64,000 nt of DNA from Eledone cirrhosa (taxonomy: Eukaryota), in NCBI GenBank assembly GCA_964016885.1, contig OZ024741.1, positions 223,572,001-223,636,000 on the forward strand. Direction: 5' to 3'. Both the position numbers and the translations under genes were made by a program. The notes under the pieces were generated by a model. That model made no database searches. It was given only the letters and a program-made list of their open reading frames with translations, and had not been told where the DNA came from. This document shows, one piece after another, positions 13,128 to 25,885 of the stretch. How positions within the stretch are numbered: the stretch's first letter is position 1; each line of letters starts with the position of its first letter.

Positions 13128-14666
13128 ATGCCTATAGTGAAGTGCCCTACCCCACACTGTGATTTTGAGACAGAAGACCTCGAGCCTGTAGTGATCGCTG
13201 CACTGCTGACTGCACACTCAACAGTCCATACTACAACCACAGCATCTCTGCCAAAGTCGAACGGGTCAAGCAGCCTGGCATCTCTGCCAAAGTCGAACAG
13301 GTCAAGCAGCCTGGCATCTCTGCCAAAGTCGAACGGGTCAAGCAGCCTGGCATCTCTGCCAAAGTCGAACGGGTCAAGCGGCCTGGCATCTCCTCCGCAG
13401 GTACAAGCGAGGACTGGTCCTACTTTATCTCAAGATGGACGGATTACGTTGCAGGTAAAGACCTCATTGTACAACTCCTTGAGTGCTGTGACGAGAAACT
13501 ACGTAGACTTAACAAGAACCGCTGGTGGCACACAGACAGACAAAACCCAAGCTGATTTCCTCAAGGCCATTCGAGCCCTTGCTGTCAGAGAGGAAAACAC
13601 CATGGTTGCTTGCGGCACTCTTCACAGCATGACACAGGACCGTGACGAGACTGTCCGCTCATTTGGTGCTAGACTTAGGGGACAAGCAGGTGTCTGCAAA
13701 TTTGTCACACCATGTCCGGGCTGCCATCAGGAAGTGAACTACACTGAAGCAATCCTTCGTGACGTACTCACTTGTGGACTTAATGACTCTGAAATCCAGC
13801 TTGACCTCCTCGGAGATAAAAACCAGGATATGAACCTCGAGGAAGTATTTAAATATGTTGAAGCTAAGAAGGCCGGTAAGAGATCAGCGTCACGCCTACT
13901 TGATTCCCAGGGTGCCCAGGCTATTGGCAGTAGCTACCGTCGTAACAAGAAGACCTCACCAGACCACCCCAAGGGATCAGACCTCCAGAAAGAGGCCTGC
14001 ATCTACTGCGGTAAGAGAGGACATGGCACACAAGCACCACCAAGGGTCCGAGGTAAGGAGTGTACTGCGTACGGTCACACATGCTCCTACTGTTCCAGAC
14101 AAAACCATTTTGAGTCAGTTTGTCGCAGCAAGGACAGATCCAAGCGGGAAGTGCCCTCCAAGACCTCTAGAGAACATGAGGGTGCCATCTTTGATTCCCT
14201 ATGCGCAGCAAGTCATTTAGTATACAAGTCCATAACCTTGGCCCATCACATACACGATCATCTATCAGATACATGGACAAGGCAGTCATCTCAACCTCAA
14301 CCCTTTATCCAACTGACAATGAAGGTCCTACATGAAGATTACCATCAACTCGGCTTTGGACACATCCTTAAATTCAAACCCAAGACAAGCCCACTCTTTG
14401 CCATGGCTGATACAGGCTGCCAGAGCTGTCTTGCCGGAGTGAAGGTCCTGCACAAGCTTGGACTCAAGACCTCTGACCTCATCCCAGTAACACTGAGGAT
14501 GCATGCTGCGAACAATAAAGGCATCCCCATCCTTGAAGCCGTCGTTGTTCACCTTTCAGGTCAAGACTCCACTGGTGAACTGATCGAAACTCGCCAACTT
14601 GTATACATCACAGACAAGTTCTTCCTCAGTAAAGAGGGATGCATCTCACTTGGGATGATCACATAA
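13128..14666 (+). pseudogene. gag: Gypsy Gag-protease ORF (512 aa; part of N-terminus out of ancestral frame)
   Basis: QDRDETVRSFGARLRGQAGVCKF gag motif, CIYCGKRGH and CSYCSRQNHFESVC knuckles, ADTGCQS protease. Confidence 0.85.
13242..13392 (+). repeat. 36-bp tandem repeat, 4 copies plus a partial, inside gag
   Basis: Unit GCATCTCTGCCAAAGTCGAACGGGTCAAGCAGCCTG. Confidence 0.95.
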
Positions 14667-14697
14667 CTTTCCAACTATCGGCGAGGTCAGTGGTAGT

Positions 14698-17492
14698 GTG
14701 AATGCAGCTGCATCCTCAGGTGACAACCAAACACATCAATTACAGGACCAAGACAAAGTGGAATCCCTGCCAACCAAATTACCCTACCCTGCAAGAGAGG
14801 AAAATCGCGAGGAATTTGAACGCTACTTTCTTGATCAGTACAAATCAAGCACGTTCAATACCTGCGAACACCAACCCCTTGCCCTTATGGAGGGCCCCCC
14901 TATGAAACTGATGGTGGATCCCAACGCCACACCTATAGCTCATCACACTCCAACACCCGTGCCGCTCCACTGGCGAGAGGCAGTCAAGGCCGGCCTCGAC
15001 CAAGATGTCCAACTGGGTGTGATCGAACCTGTCACTTGGTGCTATAGGATGGTTGTCTGCCCCCCAAAAAATGGTAAACCTCACCGCACCGTGGATTTCA
15101 AGGCTCTCAACACCCATGCAATAAGGGAGACCCACCACACACAATCCCCATTCCACCAAGCACGCTCGGTACCATCAGACAAGAAGAAAACTGTATTCGA
15201 TGCCTGGAACGGCTACCACAGTATACCAATCTGTGATGAAGACAAACACTTAACCACATTCATCACGCCATGGGGAAGATACCGCTAACCGACTGCTCCC
15301 CAAGGCTACATTGCGTCAGGTGATGGATACACAAGGAGATTCGATGAGATCATCTCTGACATACAGAATAAGACTAAATGTGTCGACAACACCTTGCTGT
15401 GGTCTGACAACATTGAAGATAACTTCTTCCGTGCCTGCGAATGGCTAGACCTCTGCGGCAGAAACAGAATAACCTTAAACCTTAAACGCTCTTGGTTTGG
15501 TCTCATCAATCAAGTCTCCTACGCCTTCAGCATGCAACCATTCCGCAAGCTACTGAAACCAGGAACACCATTCGAATGGAATGACCAGCTGGGCAAACTC
15601 TTTGAAGAATCTAAGAGTGTGGTTGTCAGTGATATAGAAGAGGGTGTACGCATATTTGACACCAGAAAACCTACATGGCTCGCAACTGACTGGTCGAAAG
15701 ACGGCATTGGATTCTGGCTGTTCCAGAAACACTGCACATGCCCAAAGTCACATTTTGCTACGCACCGATTGAAGGCGAGGCTCTCGCTGTCGCACTGGAC
15801 AAGGCAAGGTATTTCATTCTGGGCTGCACCAACCTCACCATAGCGGTAGACCACAAACCACTACTCAAGATATTCAGTGATCAATCCCTGGAAAGGATTT
15901 CCAATACTCGTCTTCGCAACTTGAAGGAAGAGAGTCTCCGCTACAGCTTCAAGATGATTCATATTCCCTGGGCAAGACACCGAGCTGCTGATGCTGTATC
16001 TCGACACCCATGTGACCTTGGAGACAAGAGGATTCAGCAGCCATCAGTACCTCCAGCCAACCATCTATTCAGAAACTCGTACTCGCCTCCATAAGACATG
16101 GTGACCAACCAGATAACCAAATCGAAGATTCTACCTTCCTCTCAGCCGTGTCAACTATCAACTCACTCCAATCAATCACTTGGGACAAGGTTCAAGAAGC
16201 CACCAACAGGGATGAAAACATGACTAAACTGGTGGATATGATAGAAACAGGGCTGCCAGAGGACCGCTTAAGCCTGCCATTCGTGAATATCATCAATTCC
16301 GAGAGCACCTACACTCAGTGGACGGCGTGGCTCTCTACAAAGACCGCATTGTCATCCCACCATCACTCCGACACAACGTTCTAACAGCACTCCACTCCGC
16401 CCACCAAGGCGTATCTTCTATGAAGTCAAGGGCCGAATTGTGTCTTCTGGCCTGGAATTACAACAGCAATCACAGAGCTCAGGAATACTTGTGTCCACTG
16501 CAATCGGATGGCACCATCTCAACCATGTGCTCCACCTACCCCGCCAGTATACTCTGTTTATCCCTTCCAGTGCATTTGCGCTGACTACTTTCACTACAAA
16601 GGGGTGAACTATCTGGTCAGTGTTGACAGATACTTCAACTGGCCGATTGTAGAGAGATCTCAGGAAGGTGCCAAAGGCCTAATTGACAGTCTACGCCATA
16701 CATTTGTCACTTTTGGAATTCCAGACGAACTGTCCTCAGATGGTGGCCCTGAGTTTACAGCCTCAGCAGCCAGGGATTTCTTGAAAAACTGGAGTGTCCA
16801 TTATCGACTCTCTTCAGTTGCCTTCCCCCACAGCAACTGTCGGTGTTAAAACTGTGAAACGTCTCATTACAGACAACTCGGGACCCAACGGCGAGTTAGA
16901 CACGGACTCACTGCAACGCGCCATGCTGCAATACAGAAACAGCAAGTTATGCCCTGCGATGGGTGTCTTTGGTAGACCCATTAAGGATTTCATTCCAATC
17001 CTTCCCGGCCGCTACAAGCCTCATGACACCTGGCGTGACACACTTGCCTTGAGAGAAGATGCTCTCAAAAACAGGTGCATGAAGACTGCAGAATGCCTTT
17101 CTGAAGACACTAAGCGATTGCCACCCCTTGTCATTGGAGATCTCGTGCGAATACAAAATCAAACAGGTCCCCAACCGTTTAAATGGGACAAAACAGGCTG
17201 TGTGATTGAAGTTCATCAGTTTGATCAGTATGTGATACGCGTGGATGGATCAGGCAGAGTGGCCCTTCGAAACTGGAAATTTCTAAGAAAGTACACTCCT
17301 GTTCATCCACAGAGGGCACAGATCACCTTATCAGACGACTTACTCCATCAATCCCAACAAAGACAACAAGGTATGTTTTTCTCGCTCCGCCAACCATTAA
17401 ATTCAGGAGGCCCTGCTCGCAAAGGACACCACCAAAGCTCCTCAAAACCCTATAGATCTACAAATGACACCATCACCCAACCTGACGCTTGA
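14698..17492 (+). pseudogene. pol: Gypsy Pol (RT, RNase H, integrase) with stops, frameshifts and deletions
   Basis: FDAWNGYHSIP, TTFITPWGRYR*, CVDN in place of the DD motif, YAPIEGEALA, DHKPL, HSAHQG, ADYF, SDGGPEF. Confidence 0.9.
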
Positions 17493-17889
17493 CATCCAGC
17501 CATCACCACCACACCCAGCTATCCAGCCACCAGAGTTACATCCCCTAGCCTACTGCACTACATTCAAAACAAGTAGCACAACACCTACCCCAGCACCCTC
17601 CCTGACCAACACACAGGAACTAACACTAAGACGCTCCTCCCGGGCCAAGAAGGAGCCCACCTGGCTCAGTGCATGTGATTGGGGCAGAATAATCCCCGGG
17701 CCTGAGGGTAGTCTGCCCAGTGATCGCCCTTCTCCTTTCGGTTTGTGTTATTGTTTCTATTGACGTTAATTGTTCCCACCTGGCCAGGATGTCACTGTGT
17801 TCAAAACATTCAGTTTATTCTCATATCTGACTCTAGTCTTAAATCCTTGCTATATACCTCAGTGAATATACCAATGACTTGGAGGCGGA

Positions 17890-18046
17890 TAGAGGATTAT
17901 ATATCATTGTGTGACGATATGCAAAACATGTTATAGCGTTCTGATACTATTTATTCCTAATAGTGCTTTTCATGTTTCAGATGTCCATCATTTATTGATA
18001 CAGTTGATGTATTATGAAAAGAGTTCGTGCTCATTTAGTCATCTAC
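17890..18046 (+). repeat. 3' LTR
   Basis: Copy of the 5' LTR, with the AATAAA segment deleted. Confidence 0.85.
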
Positions 18047-18229
18047 CCCTTGTACCAGCAATTTCAGTTTTAGAGAAAAATATGTTCTTCTAGACACACA
18101 TGAACACTTCAGTGGTGGCTCCCTAAGACTCATTAATTGATTAAATTTCTTTGATTTTTGCAAATATTTTCGAGAATATAGATTATTTTTACTAAACAGA
18201 AATAATTGGTGGGTTTGACAAAGTACCAG

Positions 18230-21000
18230 ATTGGTGACTGGCGTGAATAACACCACCAAAACTGCAATATGGTGAGTGGAATGAAAAAGAACCATACTGC
18301 ATCGTCCTACACACAGGTTAACAAGGGCCATGTTCAGCCCTTAAGTAGAGGTGTCTGTTTGAAAAATATATTGCAGTCTATTTCATGTCACAAAAACTGG
18401 CGATGGGCCTGCAATCTGTCCTGGGGTGGCATGGGATGGACGCACAAGATTGGGTATCCCGAAACAACACCCGGAAGCGAGCAAATCGTGACAATTGGAA
18501 CCTGGAACATCACAACCCTTACAGATAAGGAGCAGAAATTAGTGTAGAAGGCTAGATATAGTTGGAGTTTTCTCAACAAAGTTCTATGGCTCTGACACTG
18601 TAAATTTGTATAGAGGATGGAAACTCCACTATTCAGATGTGGCACCGAAAATGACTGCACAGGTGGGAGTGGGGATACTCACATGCTCCAAACTGTCAGA
18701 ATGTGTTATAGACTGGATCCCATTAGGAGGGATCTTGAAGTTTAGGCTGAAAGATAAGTCTGCGTGGGTAGTACAAGTTTGTGAACTAAACAAGGAATCC
18801 GAATACGAGTCCTTCTTTGATGAAGTCACTGCAGCGTTAGATGAAGTTAAGACCGAGTCTCATATCCTGATGGGAAACATCAATGCACATATTGGCACTG
18901 ACAACCTGACATGGAAAGGAATGACTGGAAGGAAAGACGATCCCGATCTAAATACAGATGGAGAGGCCTTATTAGACTTCTGTTCTAGCAATGGGACATC
19001 CATAAATATAAATGGTATAAGGCGAGTCAGGGACAGAGATCAATAATTGATTTTGTTATTTTCTCTGATCTCTGATTCTGTGCTGGATGTTTGTGTTAAA
19101 GAGAGGAGTTGAGCTGTCAACTGATCACCATCTAGTTATCAGCAACTTGAGACTACTTAAAGCCAAACCATAGTTCAATCAAGTCAAAAATGCCCCCCGA
19201 GCAAAGAAGGAGGCCTACAAAGCTTGGCTTGGAAATTCTTCCTCCTACTTATACTTGTGATACAAGCAAGCATGAAGAATCTCAGCAAAGACAGTAAAGG
19301 CATCCAAAGTTAAGACATTCGAAGAATTTGGGGGTTAAGCTAGAATCTGACTTCAGATCAGCAAATAAATTGTTCTGGCAGACCATCTGCCGACTTCATA
19401 ATAAGTCCTCCTCCACACCTGCTATCAGGAACACGTTTGTGGTTCTCCTCTCGTGGTGGAGAAAATAATTTGCTGATCTGAACCCAATCACAACCGCATC
19501 TTCTGATGTACCTGAGGTGCATCTGGGAGCGGTAACTAATCTCTCGGGGGCTGAGGTCAAAGGAACAGTTAAAGACCTCAAATGTGGCAAGACCACTGAG
19601 GAAGATGAAATCCGACCTAAGATGTTAAAAACCTTAAATAGAGAATTTATTCTCTGCCATGCGACCTGGATCTCTGGAAAGGCACCTAAGCAATGGCAAT
19701 CAGGGGTGATAATCCCAATTTTCAAAAAGGAAGACAATATCTTTGTTAAGCCTCCCCAGAAATGTCTATGTTAAGTGCCTGGCAAAGAAATGCAGGGAGA
19801 TTGTAGAGTCCAAGCTAACTGATGAACAGTGCAGTTTTCACCCTAGACGCAGCACAGCCGACCAAATATTCACACTGTAGCAGTCTTTGAGAAATCGTGG
19901 GAGTATTGCCAAGAGGTATATGGTTTTGTAGACTTTGAAAAGGAATATGACTGCATTCCTCAGGACCTACTGTGGAAGATTGTGCAGGAGTATGGCTTGA
20001 TGGTCAGCTTTTTGCTGCCCTGATGTCTATACGAATGCCCAAGTATTTATGTTCGAATAAATGGTGCTAAATCGAAACCATTTAATGTGGGAGTCAGACT
20101 CCATTAACAGTGCGTACTGTCACCTCTCCTGTTCATTATTCACATGAAGGGCGGTGGATTGACATTATCGGTAGAGGGTCAGACGCCATGCTTTGCAGTA
20201 AAGAGTTACGGCCCTTTATGATCTGAGTTCAAATCCTGCCGAGGTTAACTTTGCCTTTCATCCTTACGGAGTCGATAAAATAAAGTACCAGTAACGTACT
20301 AGGTAATTGCTGGCCTTGTGCCAAAAGTAGAAACAATTATTTACACGAACAGGATTGAAATGTGCAGCCGGGTTGGAAGTGGTATAATGACAGCTGGGTG
20401 TAAAATCAGTCGGCTGGAGTTTGCAGATGACATGGTTCTACTTAACTTGACAGAAGGAGATCTTCGACTTGCACTCAATAGGTTTGATGCAGAGTGCTGC
20501 GAAAACCTCTCGAGGAAGAAGGTGGAAAAATTCAAGTATCTTGGAGCCGTGTTCATGAGTGATAGAAGGCAGGAGGCCGAATTAATTGCAAGAATTGCAG
20601 AAGCTGATGCAGTAATGCACCAGCTTAAGCATTCGCTAATCCGAAAGGAGGTAGGTGTAAAAGCCACTATCTTCAATTCAGTATTCGTGTCAACCCTTAC
20701 CTATGGAAAGGGTAGAGCCGCTACTTCTCCGAATTGAGAGATCACAGTTCCGATACTATGGACATGTGGTTAGAATGTCTCAGCAAAGAAACGCTAGACA
20801 GATTTTACGGACAAAACCAACCGACAGGAGACCCAGGAGTAGACCCCGAGCAGGATATTTAGATAACATCCATGAACTTGGTTAGTCTTGCTTGGGGATC
20901 CAGCCGGATCATTTAGAGACGGTTGCTTCTGACAGGACCCGCCGGAAGGAATGTTTTAAGTTCTATCCCTCTAAGGAATAAGTGGGCGAAGAAGAACACA
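18230..21000 (+). mobile_element. Decayed RTE-clade LINE (APE endonuclease plus RT)
   Basis: IGTWNITTL, ILMGNINAHIG, LEFADDMVL, KFKYLG, RYYGHVVRM, GRRPRSRPR; second copy at 53.7-56.5 kb. Confidence 0.88.
20149..20335 (+). mobile_element. tRNA-derived SINE with Nin/Deu-like domain, nested in the RTE
   Basis: GAGTTCAAATCC B box; CTTTGCCTTTCATCCTTACGGAGTCGATAAAATAAAGTACC; TSD ATTATTCACATGAA/ATTATTTACACGAA. Confidence 0.85.
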
Positions 21001-21597
21001 AACAATTGATATTAATTTTACTGACGTCTATGAAGTTGATCGGGCTGCTCAAATACGTCTTCTTGATTGCCCGTGGCTAAACTAAAATAACCGAACTATA
21101 ATTTATTGCTGCCCCCACGACTTTTTTTCCTCATAACATTTTTAATAATACACATTTTAAATTATTTTTTCCATATCTGAATTAATTTAAACTTCTTAAC
21201 ACTTTCACTATTGTATAAGGTTCCGTTTGGTAGTACTTTCGTTATTTGAATACTTTCAATTTGTTTGTAGTCAACTAAACATAAAATTGGAGCTTTTTTA
21301 TCATGCACTCCAATTTTATATTGATAATGAATATAAACTCGGATAATGCCATAAATTTTATACTGGAATGTAATATTTTTACAATTATAAATTCTTTTTT
21401 AAATTTCAACTTACACTTCTAAAAATTACATTTCTAAAAATTTCCTTTAAAATATACATTAAAAAAGGTTAAGAGAAAAAGTTGTGGGAAGGAACACCAA
21501 ATTGTATTTATACCATAAACAAATGAACCTTACTGTTCACCAATAAATTTATTTAAAAACATAAGAAGGGGGTTTATCGAAGGATGTTAATGTCACC

Positions 21598-21630
21598 CAC
21601 GTGGCAATAGCGGCATTACACAAACACGTG
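21598..21630. promoter_or_regulatory. Two canonical E-boxes (CACGTG) in putative intron 1
   Basis: CCACGTGG at 21597-21604 and CACGTG at 21625-21630; CACATG at 21962. Confidence 0.45.
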
Positions 21631-22023
21631 CGTGCTAATTAAGGCAATGATGTAACGCTAAACATTTCTTGATATTTATAAATCCATTATAATATGATAC
21701 AATTATACAACACAATTATTTTATTTTATATTTTTAGTTTATAAGTCTGAAATTAAACAAATTTACTGCAATACATAAAATGTTCTTAAGAATGATGTTG
21801 AAGTGAAATATGTTTCGGAATAAATTCCATGTATGAAGGTATTAATATCTATTTTAACGTATCAATTATTATTATTACTGTACAGAAAAATAATTATGTT
21901 TAAAAATAACATTCTTATTCTTATTTGAAAATTTACTTCATTACAAGAAAACAAAACCGGGCACATGTGGACTACGGACGGACTGAAGACACAATAAACG
22001 AGAGAAATACGGACAACACTTAC

Positions 22024-22122
22024 GATATTGACTTCTTTTTTGAACAAATCCGCTGCTACCTTATCTTTTTCTTTCAGGTATTCATAAACTAGAATATTTA
22101 GATCACTCTGTAATTTTGCCAT
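22024..22122 (-). CDS. NOLC1: First coding exon of a Nopp140/NOLC1-like nucleolar phosphoprotein (N-terminal LisH motif)
   Basis: MAKLQSDLNILVYEYLKEKDKVAADLFKKEVNI resembles recalled Nopp140 N-termini (EYL..KDK..A..F); ATCATGG start context; perfect GTAAGT donor at 22023-22018, phase 0. Confidence 0.7.
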
Positions 22123-22189
22123 GATAATTAATAAAATCTGCTATTTTTTATCCACCAGCAGAAGATTGATCAATTTGTTAAGTAAAGTT

Positions 22190-22300
22190 TTATGTACCGG
22201 ATGTGGAATTAGTTTCAGTGATCTCCCCTGTTGATATTGTATTATCCCGCCGACTAAAATTTTTTTTTATTCTCAAGCAATAGAAACGGAAGTGAAAGTT
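22190..22300 (-). promoter_or_regulatory. Putative TATA-less promoter with ETS-type motifs
   Basis: ACCGGATGTG (~22196) and ACGGAAGTG (~22286) just upstream of the ATG exon. Confidence 0.4.
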
Positions 22301-22559
22301 ACCAAAGAAGTTAATCAAATGTGTTGTATGATTAGTCGATATATTGAATATTACATTTCAGTTTTCCCATGGTCAATAGGATAAAACATCTGTTAAGTAC
22401 TAGACGAGCTATATCGACTATATATAACATCTTCCCAGGTTTTGTGGTCGTTCCATTTTGATTAATCCTCTGAGAAGTGTACTGTAACCGAACGGAATAA
22501 AATTTTAAAATATCACGCATTATCGACAAGCCTGTAACGTTTGGGGGAGTTGGTCCGCT

Positions 22560-23620
22560 GTCAATGAAGTTCTTGTAATTGTTGCAGACCTATCAACTCT
22601 CCCTGTCGGATGGTGATATCAACCTCCCACTTTGGGGTGGGTGAGAGATGCCTTCTCTTGGGAAAATGGGTATAGCTTTTATGTAAAATCTCCATTTTGC
22701 CTCAATTCTCTCCGTTTTGAGACACTTTTTTTCATGGTACTCCTCGTTTGGGTTTTTAGAGGGTGGCAGGTCTGTCTTTGGCTCTTTGCTTTACTAAGGA
22801 GGTACTCCTAGTGAGGGTGCTTGGTCATTCCAGAACCTGCGAACATGTTAGCTTGATTAAAAAATTATTAGTTGTATTGTAATGTATATCTCACTTACTC
22901 TGTTTCAGTGTTTCCATGAGAACGCCGGAACTTGACCAACCGCTTCCTGCTGCCATTTATACTCTGTGTCCATAGCCACTGAAATGTAGATTTCCTATGG
23001 AAGAGTGCATCCTGCCTTCAGAAAAATCCCTATGCAGTGGGGTGGCTGATACAACAAGTGTCACTTGCAGTTCTCCACAACTATGCTTTCACCAACTTGT
23101 CCAGTAGAGATATATCACCTCATTAAGGGTGTAAAGTATCATGGGCAACTTTTTTCAAGTAGTAGGCCACATGAAATAGGGTTCATCATAAGGTGTGATA
23201 CACTACTAAAAAACTTCAAAACAATTTTGAAATTAGGTGTGCCATTCAGAAAGCCAAATGGGTTATGGTTTTCTCATCATTGGAGAGTCTGCACCTCTTA
23301 CTTTCCTTATTTGTTTTATTATAAAATTTGAACATTCTACATTTTCCTTTTTTAAAAAACTATTTTGACCATACCATGTTTGTATGGTTTACAAACTGGA
23401 GGGTGAATAGTTTGTATCCTGCAATGTTGTGCACTTTCCATAAATAAATATAAGGGCTCAAATAAACTAAACCCACAAGAGAGTCAGTTTGGCATCCTCT
23501 GATGAGGATCAAACTGACTGGTTTCGCCAAGATAAAATTGTGAATTACTTCTTATTAAAATGTAAACAAAATTGTACACGATATTCTTGGGGTTTTGGGT
23601 CGGAATAAGAAAACTAAAAT
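22560..23620 (+). mobile_element. Possible highly decayed Penelope-like element
   Basis: CTCCCTGTCGGATGG leader motif recalled from PLEs and a terminal CTGATGAGG hairpin; no clean ORF. Confidence 0.3.
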
Positions 23621-23689
23621 TTTTCATTGACTTCATTGCACATAGGAATGCACAAATAGAAAAATTGGCTGGCGCTATGCAGTATTACA

Positions 23690-24128
23690 GAAGACACACC
23701 CTCTATTATTCTCAGGCTGAGGCTTATACCTGGTAGACAACACCTTCCTCAACCTTTTCTCTCATTCACCTCCTTTTGCAGTAACCATCTCTCCCTATTA
23801 CATATGTCCACAATTTCCCCAAGCTTCCTCCCCCTCCCTAATCCCAAGACCAAGTGCCCAGTCCCCACTGTAAGGTGCTCCTGTCAGTGACATGACAAAA
23901 GTGCTCAGTCCACACTGTAATGTGGTCGTGTAGGTGACACAACAAAAAGCACGCAGCACACACTGTAAATGTGGTTGGCAGTAGGAAGGGCGCCCAGCTG
24001 TAGAAACCAAGCCAATATCTGCCCCGGGTGAGCTAAACATGTCGTCTGACCTATTTTTCTCCCTAAGGATCAATCTATCCTACCCATGCTAGTGTGGAAG
24101 ATGGACGTTAAACGACAAGGATGATGAT
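23690..24128 (+). mobile_element. Composite SINE / RTE 3'UTR
   Basis: CACACTGTAAA repeats, AGGAAGGGCGCCCAGC domain, GACGTTAAA(CGA/TGA)n tail. Confidence 0.7.
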
Positions 24129-24189
24129 ATATATATATATATGTGTATATATATGATGTATGTATAGGTGTGATATGTGTATATATATG

Positions 24190-24985
24190 TGGTATGTGAC
24201 ATCAGTGAGATCCCCCTGTAGTTATTGGTGTTAGAGAGATCTCCCTTCTTTGACACTGGGATGATGTTACTGATTCGAGGCATCTCCTTTTTCCAGTGCC
24301 TTGTTACAGAATTCCAGGATGATATCATTAAAATCACACCTCTTCATCACCTCTGATGCCACTCCATCTTCTCCGTGGGCCTTGCCATCCTTGATTTTCT
24401 TGGCTCTCTGAAGCTCTTCTCTGGCAAAGAGTCCTGTCTCAATATCCAGTTCCTCAAACAGCACCCTCAACAGGATGATTTTTAACAGGATCCAGTCAGT
24501 GTGGAAGTCGGACCTTTGTAAAGACCTGACGATCCATCTTTTTGTTGCTACAGTGGAATATGTGCTACTGTACGGGTCGGAGACTTGGACACTGACCAAG
24601 AAACTCACTCAGATGGTGGATGGGTGCTACACAAGAATGTTGAGGATGGCTCTAAACATTAACCAGTATGCACTGAGGATGAAGAACTCAGAGCTGTACA
24701 GGAGCCTCCCAAAAGTCAGCTCGAAAGTAACACAAGGGAGACTGAGGTTAGCTGGACATGCTCACTGACATTCAGAGTTGACACTGCATTCAGTGCTCCT
24801 GTGGGAGACCCTACACAGACACACTAGAAGAGGGAGATCGAGGTTGACATATATTGATGCCCTAAGAACAGACACTGGTCTCTGGGAGACGCAAGACATG
24901 GCGGCGATGATGAAGGACAGAGACCGCTGGAGAGAACTCATCCATAGATCAAAGGAGTTTTACCCACCCTAGATAGATAGATAGA
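24190..24985 (+). mobile_element. RTE LINE insertion with inverted 5' segment
   Basis: 24190-24465 encodes upstream RT (KAHGEDGV, NYRGISL) on minus; 24470-24972 encodes the C-terminus (YGSETWTL, RLRLAGH) on plus; (TAGA)n tail. Confidence 0.8.
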
Positions 24986-25000
24986 CATATGGCATATGTA

Positions 25001-25346
25001 TCATCATCATCATTTCATTTTACGTCCGCTTTTTCCCTGCTAGCAAGGGTGAGACGGGAACTGATGCTGGGTTGATTTCTACAGCTGGATGCCCTTCCTA
25101 ACACCAACCTCATTTTACAGTGAGTGCTGGGTGCTTTTTTTTTTTGCCGTGGCACCTACATGACCACTTTGCAGTGGAATGATATGGACCCCAGTCCTAT
25201 CATCTCATTTCTACAGCTGAGTAAACTGGAGCAACGTGAAATAAAGTGTCTTGCTCAAGGAAACAACACATCACCCGGTCTGAGAATTGAACTCACAACC
25301 TTTCGATTGCAAAGCCAATGCTCTAACCACTAAGCCATGTGCCTCC
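25001..25346 (-). mobile_element. CORE-type composite SINE
   Basis: Near-identical to the reverse complement of 254-644. Confidence 0.85.
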
Positions 25347-25419
25347 ATATATGTATGGTATATGTGTATGCATGTAAATATATATGTATAGATAAATATA
25401 TCTATATATATTATATTGG

Positions 25420-25712
25420 TACCACAAAACATCCAGCCCTCACTGTAAAGTGGTCGTGGAGGTGTCACAATAAAAGGCACCCAGCACACTGTAAAGTGGT
25501 TGTATAAAAGACATAGTAAAAAGCACCCAGCACAAACTGTAAATGTGGTTGGCATTAGGAAGGGCATCCAGCTATAGAAAACCAGCCAGAAACACTCCTA
25601 TATGAGCGAAACACAGTCACCAGACCCAACTTGCCTCTAAATGGGACAAACCCATCTAACCCATGGTAGTGTGGAAGATAGACGTTAATCGATGATGAGG
25701 ATAATGATAATA
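25420..25712 (+). mobile_element. Composite SINE 3' part
   Basis: Same repeat units, domain and tail. Confidence 0.7.
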
Positions 25713-25885
25713 TATATATATATCATTATCATCATCATCATCATTTAACATACATTGTTGGACAGGTTCCTGCAAACCAAGTCAGTACTCAAGCATTGCT
25801 ACAGATCTCTCAGATAGGCTAGGAGATACTTCTGTTCCCACACTGTTGCAGATTCTTGGGCAGGCTGGGAGCCTACATCATCATC

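Larger units (their letters stand above)
12782..18046 (+). mobile_element. Ty3/Gypsy LTR retrotransposon, full-length but decayed
   Basis: Direct repeats 12800-12944 and 17901-18037; order gag(2xCCHC)-PR(ADTG)-RT-RNaseH(TDWS)-IN(HH-CC, SDGGPEF); purine tract GGAGGCGGA before the 3' LTR. Confidence 0.95.

Noticed and set aside
21862-22023. C-terminal part of the 86-aa ORF
   Set aside because: Read-through into the intron beyond the GTAAGT donor.
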